Positions 13,091 through 26,435 are shown, counted from the stretch's first letter. The stretch: DNA of 64,000 nucleotides from Lama guanicoe (GCA_013239625.1 MU053557.1:4246123-4310122); one strand, 5' to 3'. The notes: a model not told the origin generated them from the letters alone. Translations and numbers: made by a program.

Positions 13091-13919
13091 CCTCAAGGTT
13101 TATAACTTACACGGTCTAACAGTGGCTGGGATTCGAATGCTGGGGGAAAATCACTCTTAAGGGTGAGAATGGGCAATAAGGATTTCCATTAAGGGAAGCT
13201 GAGTTTATAATGTCTACTTGGTATCCTCCATTTCAGGTATAAAGGGAATAGGAGAAATAATTCATCATGGAAATCAAGACTATAGTAGGAGAAGTATTCA
13301 TGACAAATAAAGGGATCATGTGAGAGACGTGGCAGAGCTATAAAGGGACACGTTGGAAACTTTCCGTATTCTTCATCCCCAGTGTTATCAGGCTCATTTT
13401 TACCCAAACTTGTGAAACTCAACAAAGAAGCTGACAGTGGAACCCATTAGCTGAGTCTAGAGGAACTCCCAGGATTTAGGTTGCTTCATCTCCTTATAAA
13501 TACCCAAATGATGCCAGGGACAGAGGTTTCCCCTTCTGAAAGGAAACCTAAAGAGCCAGCTTTCTCCCTCTGCCTTCCAGATGGCATTATACATGTCGAC
13601 TAGAAATGTTCAGGAAGTGCTCTCCTCTTTGTAACCAAGAGAAACATTTTCCTTCTTTGGAATCTGCTCCCACTTTCTCTCCCTCCTTAAATGGAATCTG
13701 ATGTGTTTTTTTCCCCAAATTATCGGTCCCTTGCACTGTTTGTGCTCTTGGTAGATACTCTACAGTGGGCAGATAAGGATGGGGCTCAGTGACGAATATT
13801 TCTTTGTTGGTTTCCTTAGCAATGCCCCAGCAGGCTTCCAGCTCCCCTACAAACGTGCTTCTGAGTCAGCCTGCTTTCGGCTACAGTCCAGGCTCTCCCA
13901 GAACATCATTTTTAAAATA

Positions 13920-14110
13920 ATACTAACTCATTTTCCTTCATAGCATTTTACAGTTTATAAAGATCTTTCAAGTCTTTATTTCATTTTACCTCCGCAACAC
14001 ACTCTTACAGAGAAAATATTATTAATATCACCATTTTATGGGTAAAGAAATCGAGGCTTACACAAATTTACTGACTTGCCTAGATTGCATAGCAGTAAGT
14101 CAACAGAAGA
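13920..14110 (-). mobile_element. MIR SINE
   Basis: atagcatttacagtttataaag...ccattttatgggtaaagaaatcgaggctta...tgacttgcctagattgcatagc. Confidence 0.75.
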
Positions 14111-14699
14111 GGGTGGGGCTCAGAAATAGGGGCTCATGGAGTTTGTTCACCTTCAACAGAGTGGCCACCGAGTCACAGCCAGACCTCCCCATGCAGTCTG
14201 ATGACTACTGATAGGGGTTATTCCTGCCCAGGATAAAACAGGAGGCAGATCTTCCTCACAAATTAGGGTTTGTTCAGGATTTACTTTAAATGTCTAGTTC
14301 ATGGACAGTAATAATAAAAGGCGTCTTTAAAAAAATTTTTTTATTGAAGTATAGTTGGTTTACAACGTTGTGTTAATTTCTGGTGTACAGCATAGTAATT
14401 CAGGTATACATACATATATTTTTTTTCCTTTTCATATTCTTTTTCATTATAGGCTATTACAAGATTCTGAATATACTTAACCGCGCTATACAGTAGGACC
14501 TTGATGTTTATCTATTTTATATATAATAGTTAGTATCTGCAAGTCCCAAACTCTCCATTTATCCCTCTGCTCCCTTCTTTTCCCCTGGTAACCACAAGTT
14601 TGTTTTCTGTGTCTGTGAGTTTGTTTCTGTTTTGTAAATAAATAACTTCATTTTTCTCATTTTTTTTAGATTCCACATATAAGTGATATGTAGTATTTT

Positions 14700-16439
14700 T
14701 CTTTCTCTTTCTGGCTTATTTCACTTAGTAAGACAATATCCAGGTCCATTCATGCTGCTACAAATGGCATTACTTTATTCTTTTTATGGCTGAGTAGTAT
14801 TCCACTATATATATGTATGTATGTGTCTATGGACACATACAGTCATCTGTCTATGGACATTTAGGTTGTTTCCATGTCTTGGCTATTGTAAATAGGGCTC
14901 CTAAGAAGAATGAGATGCATATATCTTTTTGAATTAGAGTTCCCTCTGGATATATGCCCAGGAGTGGGATTGCTGGATCATATGGTAAGTCTATTTTTAG
15001 TTTTTTTGAGGAATCTCCATACTTTTTTCCATAATGACTGCACCAAACTACATTCTCACCAACAGTGTAGGAGGGTTCCCTTTTCTCCATACCCTCTCCA
15101 GCATTTATCATTCATGGACTTTTTAATGATGGCCATTCTGACTGGTGTGAGGGGATATCTCACTGTGGTTTTGATTTGCATTTCTCTGATTAGTGATGTT
15201 GAGCATTTTTTCATGTGCCTATTGGCTATTTGTGTATCTTCATTGGAGAATTGCTTGTTTAGGTCTTCTGCCCATTTTTGGATTGGGTTGTTTGTTTTTT
15301 TCTTATTAAGTTGTATGAGCTGTTTATATATTCTGGAGATTAGTCCCTTGTCAGTTTTATCTTTTGCAAATATTTTCTCCCTTTCCATAGGTTGTCAGTT
15401 GTCTTTTTATTCACAGTTCCCTTTTCTGTGCAAAAGCTTACAAGTTTAATTATGTCCCATTTGTTTATTTTTGCTTTTATTTCTATTGCCTAGGTAGACT
15501 GCCTTAGAAGAACATTGCTAAGATTTATGTCAGAGAATGTGTTGCCTATGTTTTCTCCTAGGAGGCTTATAGGGTCCTGTCTTCTTCTATTCTCTTCTCT
15601 TCAATCTTTTGAAAGAGTTTGAGAAGGATTGGTATGAGTTATCTTAGTATGTTTGGTAGAATTCCCCCATGAAGCCATCTGGTCCTGGACTTTTGTTTGC
15701 AGGGAGGTTGGTTTTTTTGTTTGTTTGTTTGTTGTTGTTGTTGTTTTTTCTGATTCTGTTTCACCTCTAGTGATCAATCTGTTCAAATTATCTGTTTCTT
15801 CTTCATTCCGTTTTGGTGGTCTGTATGTTTCTAGAAATATGTCTATTTCTTCTAGGTTGCCCAATTTTGCCATATATTCTGGGGTTTGGGAGATGTAATC
15901 TCTTGAAATTATCAATTAAGTCTAACTGTTCTACTGTCATTTAGTATCTCTGTTGCCTTATTGATTTTCTGTCTAGAAGATCTGTCCAATGATGTTAATG
16001 GGGTGTTTAAGACTCCTACTACTACTGTATTCTCATCAATTTCTCCCTTTATATCTGCTAGTATTTTTTTAAATATATTTAGGGGCTCCTATATTGGATG
16101 CATATATGTTAACAAGTGTAATATCCTCTTCTTGTAGTGCTCCTTTTATCATTGTATAGTGTCCTTCTTTATCTTTATGGCCCTTGTTTTAAAGTCTATT
16201 TTGTCTGATATGAGTATTGCTGCTCCCACTTTCTTGTCATTTCCATTTGCATGAAATATCTTTTTCCATCCCCTCACTTTCAATCTATGTGTGTCCTTCC
16301 TTGTAAAGTGGGTCTCTTGTAGGCAGCATATTGTAGGCTCTTGTTTTATTATCCAGTCTGCCACGCTATGTCTTTTGACTAGAGCATTTAGTCCATTGAC
16401 ATTTACAGTAATTATTGATAGATGTGTGTTTACTGCCAT
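14700..16439 (-). pseudogene. L1 ORF2 remnant: EN N-terminus, Z-region fragment and C-terminal Cys region; RT absent
   Basis: MAVNTHLSIITVNVNGLN...[42 protein letters not shown]...[14 protein letters not shown]; only about 1.75 kb of a normal ORF2 of about 3.8 kb. Confidence 0.9.
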
Positions 16440-16856
16440 TTTAAACCTTGTTTTCCAGCTGATTCTGTATTTCTTCTTATTCTTTTTGTTTTTGTTTTTC
16501 CTTTGGTGGTTTGATGACTTTCTTTTGTATTGTGCTTGTGTTCTCTTTTCTCTCTCTCTCTCTTTTTTTTTTGTTTTTGTGACTCTATTGTATGTTTTTG
16601 ATCTGTGCTTATACTGTTTTCAACTATGTTAAGCCATGATTATATCTATTTGCTTTAGACTGGTAGTCATATAGGCTCAAACACATCCTAAAAAGAATGC
16701 CCCCAAAATGTCCATTTTCTTGCTCTCCTCTTCCATATTTTATGATTTTGATGTCCTCTTTTACATCCTCGTGTTTATTATGTTGCTGTTCATTGTAGTT
16801 ATCACATTTCCAACTGTGGTTTTTAGCTTTTTTTTAGATTCCTGCTTCTTTTCTAT

Positions 16857-17744
16857 TTAGAGAAGACCTTTTGTTAGTTCTTGTAGGCTAGGTTTAGTAT
16901 TGCTGTATTCTTTTAGTTTTTGCTTGTGTGAAAAATTCTTTATCTCTCCTTCTAATATAAACGATAGTCTTGCTGTGTAGAGTATCCTAGGTTGCAGGTT
17001 TTTATATTTAAGGATTTTGAATATATCTTGCCATTCCCTTCTGGCCAGCAACGTTTCTGTAGAGAAATCAGCTGATAGCCTTATGGGAGTTCCCTGGTAA
17101 CTAAATCTTTGTTTTTTCTCTTGTTGCCTTTAGAATCTTTTATTTTTCACTTTGGCCATCTTAATTATGTTTTGGTGACAGTCTGTTTGGGTTCTTGTTT
17201 GGGACCCATTGTGCTTCCTGTACTTGGATATCTGTTTCCTTCTTTAGGTGGGGAAGTTTTCAGTCATGATTCCTTCAAATACCTTTTCAATCCCCTTTTC
17301 TCTTTCTTCTCCTTCTGAGACTGTTATTACATGTAGATTGGCATGCTTTATATCATCCCACAAGTCCCTTAGATTGCTTTCTTCTTTTTTTTTTCATTTG
17401 TTTTTCTGTCTGCTGTTCTGATTAGGTGATTTCCATTTTTCCATCTTCTAAAACACTTATTTATTTTTGGCATTATTTAGTCTGCTATTGACTGCCTTTA
17501 ATATGGCTTTTATTTCAACAATTGAGTTTTCTTCAGATTTTAATTGGCTCCTCTTTATAGTTTCTATTTCTTTTTTATAGTATTCTGCATTTCTGTTCAT
17601 AGCCTCTCCTTTTATCTTTAGTGCTTTCATCACCTCCTTTTTGAATTCAGGTTATCGTAGATTGTAAAGGTCTATTTCATTGTTTTTTCTTCCAGGGAAC
17701 ATCTCTTGTTCTTTTAATCGGGTGTGGTTCCTCAGCTTCTTCAT
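16857..17744 (-). pseudogene. L1 ORF1 (RNA-binding protein), frameshifted and with stops
   Basis: ATG at 17744 (MKKLRNH...); C-terminus ARREWQDIFKILKYKNLQPRILYTARLSF...LKEYSNTKPSLQELTKGLL. Confidence 0.88.
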
Positions 17745-18422
17745 TTTACTTATGTTTCTCTGATTCTATGAATTTAGGAGTGACAGTTATCTACAGTGGT
17801 CTTGAAGGGCTATTGTTATGTGGAGCATCCCAGTATAGACTATGTGCATCTAATATATTTGTTGTGAGGGCTGTTTTTAGTATGGATGGCTGCCACATCT
17901 TTCCTGTGTGTGTACTGGCTGTTTACCCCTTGACTGGGTGTGTGATTGATGTTATGGGAACCAGAGCTTGCACTGGATGTTGCACTGGGCCTCCTCTTCG
18001 TTCTGTGGCTATCAGAGCTTTGTCAGTGGCCAGGTCTGCTACCCTGTTGTTGGAATAGAAGCCCCCAGATTCATTTCTGAGCTGAGGTGTGTGGTAGGTG
18101 GGACTGGAGTGTTTCTGCTGCAAGAGCAGCTGCTGAGTATTCCTCCACAAGAGATGTCCACCGGGAAGCAACCACTGTGGTGTCATCTGTCACTCATGGT
18201 GCAGGCTCACAAATTACACTTTGTTGGCACTGCCCTTGTCCCAGCCTCAGCCGTGGGAATGCCAGCAACCCACCCTAGTGTCCTCCAGGCTCCACACCCA
18301 CAAATCCATCAGTGCAGATCCTCTAATGTCAGATGCAAGGGCCTGCCATAGTGTTTATAGTCATGGATATGGATCCACCATCGTCCACAAGGTCAATTCA
18401 GACTCTAGTCCTGTCTTTGCAT

Positions 18423-18560
18423 ACACATGCTCACTGTTAACACCAGATCTATCCCCGCTGCACAATAGTACTAGACATGCTCTAACATATGCTGACCTGT
18501 CTAACACATGCTCACTGTTAACACCAGATCTATCCCCGCTGCACAATAGTACTACACATG
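18423..18560. repeat. 57-bp direct repeat x2 (period 81) in the L1 5'UTR
   Basis: acacatgctcactgttaacaccagatctatccccgctgcacaatagtacta(g/c)acatg at 18423 and 18504, 1 mismatch. Confidence 0.95.
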
Positions 18561-20469
18561 GATGTCCCAGATGCATACAAAGTTCCAAGGTCCACAAAGG
18601 AACCAGCAGAGCAAATCCTCCACAGCCGCCTGGGACTTGACTCAAATCTCAGTCCCACCTACAAAGTTGCATGACCCCTGGGAATTGGTTCAGGTTTCAG
18701 CCCCGCCTTCACTTGGGGGCTGTGCATCAGAGATTGTGCCCCTGCAGAGCAAGCGGAGAAGACTGCTACATCTGGACCCCCAGCCCTCCACTCACAAGAG
18801 TAGGTGCCAACAATGGTGCCAAGCAATGCTTTCTGGGCTAGCAGAGAAGGCTGCTATGGCTGGTTGTGCCATGCCCCTCCTTTCATGTGCACCAGCAGTG
18901 GAGATTTCTATAGTAAACCCAGGCTGTTCTGCATACACTCCCAGCCTCAGCCCACACCACACTACAGCCCCCTGAGGTGGCCTCTGTGCAATCAGTCCCA
19001 GTCCTCTCCCAGGGTCCATCCTCTGAAGCCCAAGCTCCAGCACCTAGTCCTGGCCCACACCTGCCAGCTTGTGTCTCAGGCTGGGGATCACAGGAACCTT
19101 CTATGCTGGTTTCTCTCTGTTCTGTCAAGTGGCTGCTGTTTTCTCTTTCTAGCCTCTGAAACTCCCTTTCTGTCTCAGCTGACCTCCCCACTGGAGAGGG
19201 GGCTTTCCAGGGTGAGGGTGCTTCCCTCCTTCACCACTCCCTCCCCAGGAGGCAGGTCTCACACCAATTTCCTTTTTTTTCCCCTCCTCAGTTTTATGAA
19301 GGTTCTCCCTGTAGTTCCAATTGTATAATATCGTCTTTCAAAGTTCGGTAAGCTGTAAGAATTGTCCCACATCTGGATGTATTTTTGATGTATTCTTAGG
19401 AAAAGGTGAGCTCTGCATCATTCTATTTCCCCATCTTGAAGCTGAATCAATAAAAGTCTATTAGTTCAGCCACCAGCTTGCACCCTAGGCAGCATTATAG
19501 TCAAAATACAGCTGTTTCTATAGTGGTCATCATGTAACAATTATACTATGGTCTCATCACAAGTGTAGTCCTACAGCTATTCAAGATGTAAACTTAATTT
19601 TGCTTTAACTGTTAACTCACATGATTATGGCAAAGTTTGTCAGATATAACACTGAATTGAATAGTTGACTGAAATAATGTAGAGTTGGTAGAACTTGTTT
19701 TGAATAATTGGCACAGCTTCATATCCAGCTGGCATCTAAGAAAGAATGCGTGTCTGCTGGCATATGGCTATGTGTGTATAGGATAAGCTGAAGAGAGCAG
19801 TAAAGGACTCTCCAATAGGAGCTCCTCAGTACTGATGGGTGATGAAGTTACGCAGTGCACAAATATGGATGCTTCTACAGACTCTCTGAGGCACCAGTAC
19901 ATGGGGTTGGTATTTACACTGCAATTATTGCTAACTTGTTTAGAGCTCTTCTGAATTTCTTCATCCCCTGAGAGGAGCTCTAAAATTCTAGTATTTGAAT
20001 GTGAGCCACATACTCAAAAACCTGAAAACTGCTGTTCTAACTTCTCTTTCTGGCAAAATCAAAATTAATATTTAAGATACTTGATTTGAAAAATTCCTTG
20101 AATGGTTGTTGGAAAAAATTAAAATGTCATTGAGTTAAACTATCCATCCAAATTTAGACTCTATCTGCAAAAAGATATTCCATTTACCCAACCTGATCCA
20201 TTGACAGGAGTCTCACTACCTCACAAGACTAATTTCTCTACCACATACTACCTTGTTTCTAATAAATTATTCTAGAGTCTTTCTCAGAGTCAGTGCCCTT
20301 GGGGCCCTCAGGTCACAGATTCCCTCTTATTTTTGTGGACACAGGATCAGAAGCCTCTGCTTGGATCCTTCCAGCAAGAAAAAAGTCCATCACCTCCTGA
20401 AGTAGCACATTCTTAATATATTCCTTTATGCTAATTAATATTCTGCCTTCTTACAGCTTCCAGGAGAGG

Positions 20470-20740
20470 CAATTAAGCAAAAGAGATAAAGTCTCAGGGT
20501 TTGAAGTCAGATAACCTGAATTTAATTGCCAGCTGTGCCACTTCCTGGTTCTGCCACTTGGGATGAGGTGCTTAACACTTTGGAGTGGCAATATCCCAAT
20601 CTATAAATAAGGAAGAATAAAAATAATACTCACCTCTGATGACTGTGATAAGAATTAATTGTAATAACCCATGTAATATTCTTATAGCACAGTGCTTGGC
20701 ACACAATAGTTATTAAATTAACTGCCGCTACTATTAACGT
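20470..20740 (+). mobile_element. MIR SINE, near full length
   Basis: tttgaagtcagataacctgaatttaattgccagctgtgccactt...gcacagtgcttggcacacaatag. Confidence 0.85.
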
Positions 20741-21419
20741 TCTGCATCTTGTTTTTTCTTAGCTTGGTCTTACAGAGTCTTGTGAAATAGATCAGTAAGC
20801 TCTCTACATGTATGCCTTGTCCTATATTTTAAAACTGTTCTCATTGACATCCTTGTCTTCTGTTAGGGTGACTGATCTTAAGTAACACTGTAAGGTAAAC
20901 ACCAGCCATTTGTGTCCCCACAAGTTAATTAAAAGATAACAATGCTCACCACTGACAGTCGGGAGAATAAAACCTGGCTTAAGAATAAGCCCATGAGAGA
21001 TGAGATGACAGGACACAGTAGTGGAGAGAAGGTCTAACCAGGATTCCTGAGAAATGGATTGTACTTTCTCTGGTCTCTTGGGCAAGTCATTTGACTACTC
21101 CAGTGACTTCAATTCCAGAAAAGAAGAAATGAGGTAAGTGTCACAACACTGCTATGGGAATTAAGAAGATACATTTGCAAAACTGCTATGAGGAGAACAG
21201 TGTTCAGCACATAATAGGGGCATTCAGCTGGCGTTGGTTGATTGTTTTACTAAGCCCCAAATATTCTGACCCCCAACAGTATTCTCAATCTAGGTAGTTG
21301 GTGCTAGCCTTTCAGCCCACAGTTGTGATATTGTGATAGCTCCTTTAACTAGTCCTTATTTCTAGTCCATCCCTGAAAGGCTGGCTCTAATCATGTGCTC
21401 AGAAACCAGCAGCAGAATA

Positions 21420-22570
21420 TAAAAAGAATAAGAATTATGAATCAAAATCTATGCAAAGTGGTCAAAACAGTGTTTAGAGGAGAGCTTATAACTTTAATTG
21501 TCTTTGTTCTTTAAAATAGAAAGGAAAATTAAAAGTTCTCACATTATTATATAAGATGGGAAAATGAGTGAAAAAGAAAGAGAGGATAGGAAACTGTAAA
21601 TGTTATAATATGAACAACAAATTAGTTGAATAATAAGAAAATGTAAAGAAGTGATTGGTATAACCAAATAATACTTGTTGGACAAGACTAACAAATGGCC
21701 AAGAAACAGCAAATCTAATTAGAAAACTAACAAAATTAGAAATGAGGCAGGAAATAGAGCATCTGAGATAATAGGAAAAAATATCAGGAAACACTTTGCA
21801 CAGTTAAATACTAATTATTTTAAATTCTATGTAAAATAAATTATTTTTTCAAAAGCAAGGGAATTATCATTTACTGGGTCCTGACTATACTAACTAGTTA
21901 CCTGTCACAGCACTGAGTGTTTCATGCTCATGCCTTCCTTTTATCCATGTGATAACCCCATGAGATAAATATCTGTCCTTCTTTTACGGACAAGAACTGA
22001 AGCTTTGGGAAATGAAGCTAAATGTCCAAGATCAGCCAGCCACCAAGAAATGCAGCTGGAGTTCACATTCAGATCTATAATGTCTATACTATTTACACTT
22101 TTCCATGTTTTCATCCTAGAAATGTAAAGCATCAAGATAGTCAAAACAAGGAAGAGGAAATTAGAGTATCTAGTAACTAAATATGTTAAAAAACTGTTTA
22201 CACACACCACACACATGTAACTGGATATACTACCCATTTCTTTCCCTTGAAAAAGAAATTAATAGCAAACTACCTAAACTAATATAAAAGGAAAAATTGG
22301 TTTTAATCCTAATTGTGATTAAGGTACATACACACACATACATACATACCAGTGGTGAGTTTTCCCCTTATAAACATAAATTTTTCAATAACAAAGCAAA
22401 TTGGATAAAGTGATAAATGATTACATGCAAGAGGGTGCCAGCAGAATACAGGCATGCTAGAAGAATACAACAAAAGGGAAATAAATTCTACTTAATATTT
22501 TCATTTCAAATGCTTCTTCACAATAAAATCACATCAATAGAAGCAGTAAGTCATTTGATAGAATTCCTGA
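21420..22570 (+). mobile_element. Old L1 (L1ME/L1M5-like) ORF2 fragments, with a minus-strand MIR at about 21860-22100
   Basis: caaaatctatgcaaagtggtcaaaacagtgtttagagg (QNLWDAAKAVLRG-like); tcaatagaagcagtaagtcatttgatagaatt (SIDAEKAFDKI-like); continues at 26436-26600. Confidence 0.55.
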
Positions 22571-22579
22571 TTTTTGGAT

Positions 22580-25500
22580 GGTTTAAAAATTGTAAAGGGC
22601 AGCATGACAACATGACCAGCGCTACAGACTTGCTCTCCAATGAAACTAGTGAAAATTATATAAAAACAAAAACAACCATTCAAAGTCCCTGGAAATGGTC
22701 CCAAGGAAACACAGCAAATAAAATTTACTCAAGAAAATCCATTATAATTTGGTAATGACAATAAGTCTGGTTTTTCAACTGAGACACTCTCCCTTCTCCT
22801 CCCACTGAAATTGGTGCGATGAAAACCTTGCTCCAGACTGGTACAGGTGGGAAAAGTCCTGCTTTATCCTGCCCCCAGTTATATGTTGGTGAGGCTGTTT
22901 CAGGCAAATGCCACTGAGAGGTAGCGGGGTCTCTTCCTCCACTCACCCTCCACTTGTGGTACGAAGGCTCTACCTTGGGTGTGCTGCCACTGAGAAGACT
23001 GGAGCCCCAACAGCCCCTGCCCTAAACTTGTAAGATGGTGGTTGCAGGTCGGAGAGGCAAGCTGAGAAGACCAAGGCTACTTTCCCCTCCTCCACCAAGA
23101 GCTCAGCTCCTGAAGTGGTGGTATCACTCAGAGAGAAATGTTTATTATCCCCACCTTCAGCTCCAGAACGCTCGCAGATATTCTGCCCTAGGGAAGAAGC
23201 AGGTCATAAAGTAGACAGATCCTAATCTCTTCCCAAAGAAACTGACTTCACTTGGAACAGAATGTAGAGAAGTTTGAGCTTAAGGACACTCTCAAGAACA
23301 GCGAAAGTTGTGGTTAAAGGCAACTGGGAGGAGACTGATAGATTCATTGGATTTATAGGCTGAACTGTAAGCTGGCTAGTTGTCCAAGAGAACAGGGAGG
23401 GGGACAGCTGGGAGGAGACATTTGGGGCCAGAACAAATCATAAACATTGACCTAGGGTACTGTTCCTTCAAAGGGGGCTAAATTTGGATGGTTTCATCTG
23501 TGGAACAATTTATACTCCAGAGCATTTTTAAAAGCTTGAGTAATCAACCTACAGTTTATGGAGTTTACCAGTTGGGTGTGGACAGGGAAAAAGATAGTCA
23601 AAGAGAACCCTGCCAAAACCTCAGCCAGCTCAAGATGACAGTAAGTATACATAAGGCTGCACCCCCTAAGAAGCAACGTTAGAGGCTCAACACTATGGGG
23701 GAGGGAAATAGACTTCACTTAAATAATCTAGCCAGCTGCTAAGCAAATAGCAATGAAAAGCAACAAGTGAGAAGACAGTACTGTGTTGCTGCAATATATT
23801 ATCTACAATATCCAGTTTCCAACAAAACTGCAAAAGCATGCAGAGAAATAGAGAAGTGTGACACATATGCTGAAGAAGAAAGCAGACAGAATAAACTGCC
23901 TGTGAGACAATCAAGTGTAAGATTTAACAGACAAGGCATTCCAAGTAGCCATCAAAATATGTACAAAGAACTAAAGAAAACCATAACTAAATAGGTAAAG
24001 TACGATAACAATATTGCATTGACTAGAGTACATTAGTAAGGAGACTGACATTATTTAAAAAAGAACCAATGGAAAACCTGGTGTTGAAAGTACAATAGTG
24101 GAAATGAAAAATTCACTAGAGGTGTTCAGCAGTTGATTTGAACTAACAGAAGAAAGAATCAGCATACATGAAGAGAGGCCTAGAGAGATTATATAATCCA
24201 AAGAACAGAGAGAAAAAAAATGAAGGAATGAACAAAGTCAACAGTATTTCTGTACACTTGCAATGAACAGTCTAAAAATTAAATTAAGAAAACAATTCCA
24301 GCTACAATAGCACCAAAAAGGGTAAAATACTTATAAATTTAACAAAAGACATGTACACTTACAAAACCTATGAAACAACATTGAAAAAATATTAAAGTGT
24401 TTAAATGAATGGCAAATATCCCAAGTTCATTATCAGAAGACTTAATGTTTTAAAATGGCAGTACGCCTCAAATTTAGCTACAGGTGCAACACAGTCCCCG
24501 TGAGAATTCCACCTGACTTGTTTGTGGAAATTGGCAAGCTGATTCTAAAATTCATATGGAATTGCAATGGACCCAGAATATTCACAACCATATTGAAAAA
24601 GAAGAACAAGGCAGAAGGATTCACACTTTCCAATTTAAAAACTTCTGCAAAACAATGATTATTAAGACAGTATAGCTGTAGCATAAGGATAGACAACATA
24701 GGTCAATGGAATAGAAATGAAAGCCAGAAATAACTCACGTGTATGTGGTCAACTGATTTAAGGCAAGGGTGCCAAGACCACTCAATTCAGGAAAGGCTAG
24801 TCTTTTTTTTAACAAATTGTTTCGGGATAACTGAAAAGCCACACACAAAAAGAATGAAGCTGGACCCTTACCTCATATGACATACAAAAATTAACTCAAA
24901 ATGTATTAAAGGCCTAAATCTAAGAGCTAACTATAAAACTCTTAGAAGAAAACATAGGGGTAAATCTTTATGAACTCATACTTGGAAATGGATTCTTAAA
25001 TATGACATAAAAATCACAAGCAACAAGAGAAAAAATAGGTAAGTTGGACTTCCTCAAAATTAAAAGCTTTTGTGTTGTAAAAGACACTATCAAGAAAGTG
25101 AAAAGACAACCCATAGAAATGGAAAAAATACCTGCAAATCATTAGGAATTTGTATCTAGATTATATAAAGAAGTCTTTCAAATCTAAGAAAATAATCCAG
25201 TTTTAAGAATGGATAAAGGGCTTGAATAGATATTTCTCCAAGGAAGATAAACAAATGGCCAATAAGCACGTGAAAAGACAATTGTCTTTTAGTCGTCAGA
25301 GAAACGCAAATCAAAACCATAATGAGCTTATTCTTCACCCCTAATAAAATGGCTATAATCAAAGAGTCAGATAATAGCAAGAGTTGGTGAGGTTGTGGCA
25401 ACCTGGAACCCTCATATACTGCTGGTGGGAATGTAAAATGGTGCAGCCACTTTGGAAAGCAGTGTGACAGTTCCTCAAAAAATTAATCATAGAGTTACTT

Positions 25501-26435
25501 TATGACCCAGCAATTCCGCTCTAGGTATATACCCAAGAGAGTGAAAACACATGCTCACACAAAAGCTCGTACACGAAAGTTTATAGCAGTGTTATTCGTA
25601 ATAGCCAAAAGGTGGAAACAACTCAAATCTCCATCAACTGGTGCCTGGGAAACCAAGAAGTGGTAATACACATACAAAGAATCGTATTAGGCCATAAAAA
25701 AGGATGAAGTCCTTAAACATGTTACAACATGGAGGAATCTTAAAAACATGCTGAGTAAAACAAGTCAATCACAAGACATCACTTATTATATGATATCTTC
25801 CGTATGAAATCTCTGGAATTGGCAAATCTCTAGAGATACCCAGTAGATTAGTGGTTGCCCAAGTCTGGGGTGGATGGAGAGGGCAGAAGGTGATGATAGC
25901 TAAAGGGAATAGTGATCCTTTTGGGGTTATGAAACTCTAAAATTAACTGTGGTGATAGATACACATATTTGTAAATACTCTTTAAAAATCTGTTATCAGT
26001 TTGCTAGGGCTGCCATAATAAAATATCACAGACTAGATAAATTAAACAGCAGAAATTTATTATCTCATGGTCTGGAGGCTAGGAGTTCACAAACAAGGTA
26101 TTGGCAGGATTGGTCTCTGCTGAGACGTCTCTCCTTGGCTTGCAGATGGCCACTCTCTTGTTTCTTTGTCTTCATATGGTCATCCCTCTGAGCATGTGCA
26201 CTTCTGGTGTCTCTCAATACACCAGCTGTGTTGAACTAGGACCCCACCCTAATGTTCTCATTTTAAACTATTATCTCTTTAAAGACCTTTTCTCCAAATC
26301 TTGTTACATTCTGAGGTCTTGCAAGTTGGGACTTACACGTATAAATTTTGAACGGACATAATTCTTCACATTGTACACTTTGAAGGGGTGAATTGTGCAA
26401 TCTGTGAATTATATCTTAATAAAGCTTTTTCAAAA
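22580..26435 (+). mobile_element. L1MB7/8-like element: 5'UTR and ORF1 start fused to post-RT ORF2 and 3'UTR
   Basis: ORF1 coiled-coil sequence to about 24235, then ORF2 after the RT (KLILKFIWNCNGPRI); 3'UTR agattagtggttgcc...gtgaattatatcttaataaagc. Confidence 0.8.
25991..26370 (-). mobile_element. MLT1B-like LTR nested in the L1MB 3'UTR
   Basis: tagggctgccataataaaatatcacagactag...tctggaggctaggag...ctctccttggcttgcagatggcc; the L1 3'UTR resumes after it. Confidence 0.88.

Larger units (their letters stand above)
14336..19447 (-). mobile_element. L1 of about 5.1 kb with 5' end present and ORF2 internally deleted twice
   Basis: On the minus strand: 5' end ttcaagatggggaaatagaatgatgcagagctcacc (YY1-like), 5'UTR about 1.7 kb, ORF1, linker, ORF2 remnants, 3'UTR and A tail; degenerate TSD aataaaag(gcg)tct at 14313-14326 and 19449-19459. 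Confidence 0.92.

Noticed and set aside
14910..15449. 179-aa plus-strand ORF
   Set aside because: Antisense reading of L1 ORF2, a common artefact.
18423..18560. Repeat-spacer-repeat resembling a CRISPR unit
   Set aside because: Only two copies, eukaryotic context, spacer derived from the repeat, and no cas genes.
17768..19328. Cluster of long ORFs (up to 174 aa) on both strands
   Set aside because: All lie in the GC-richer L1 5'UTR, where stop codons are rarer. No protein similarity.
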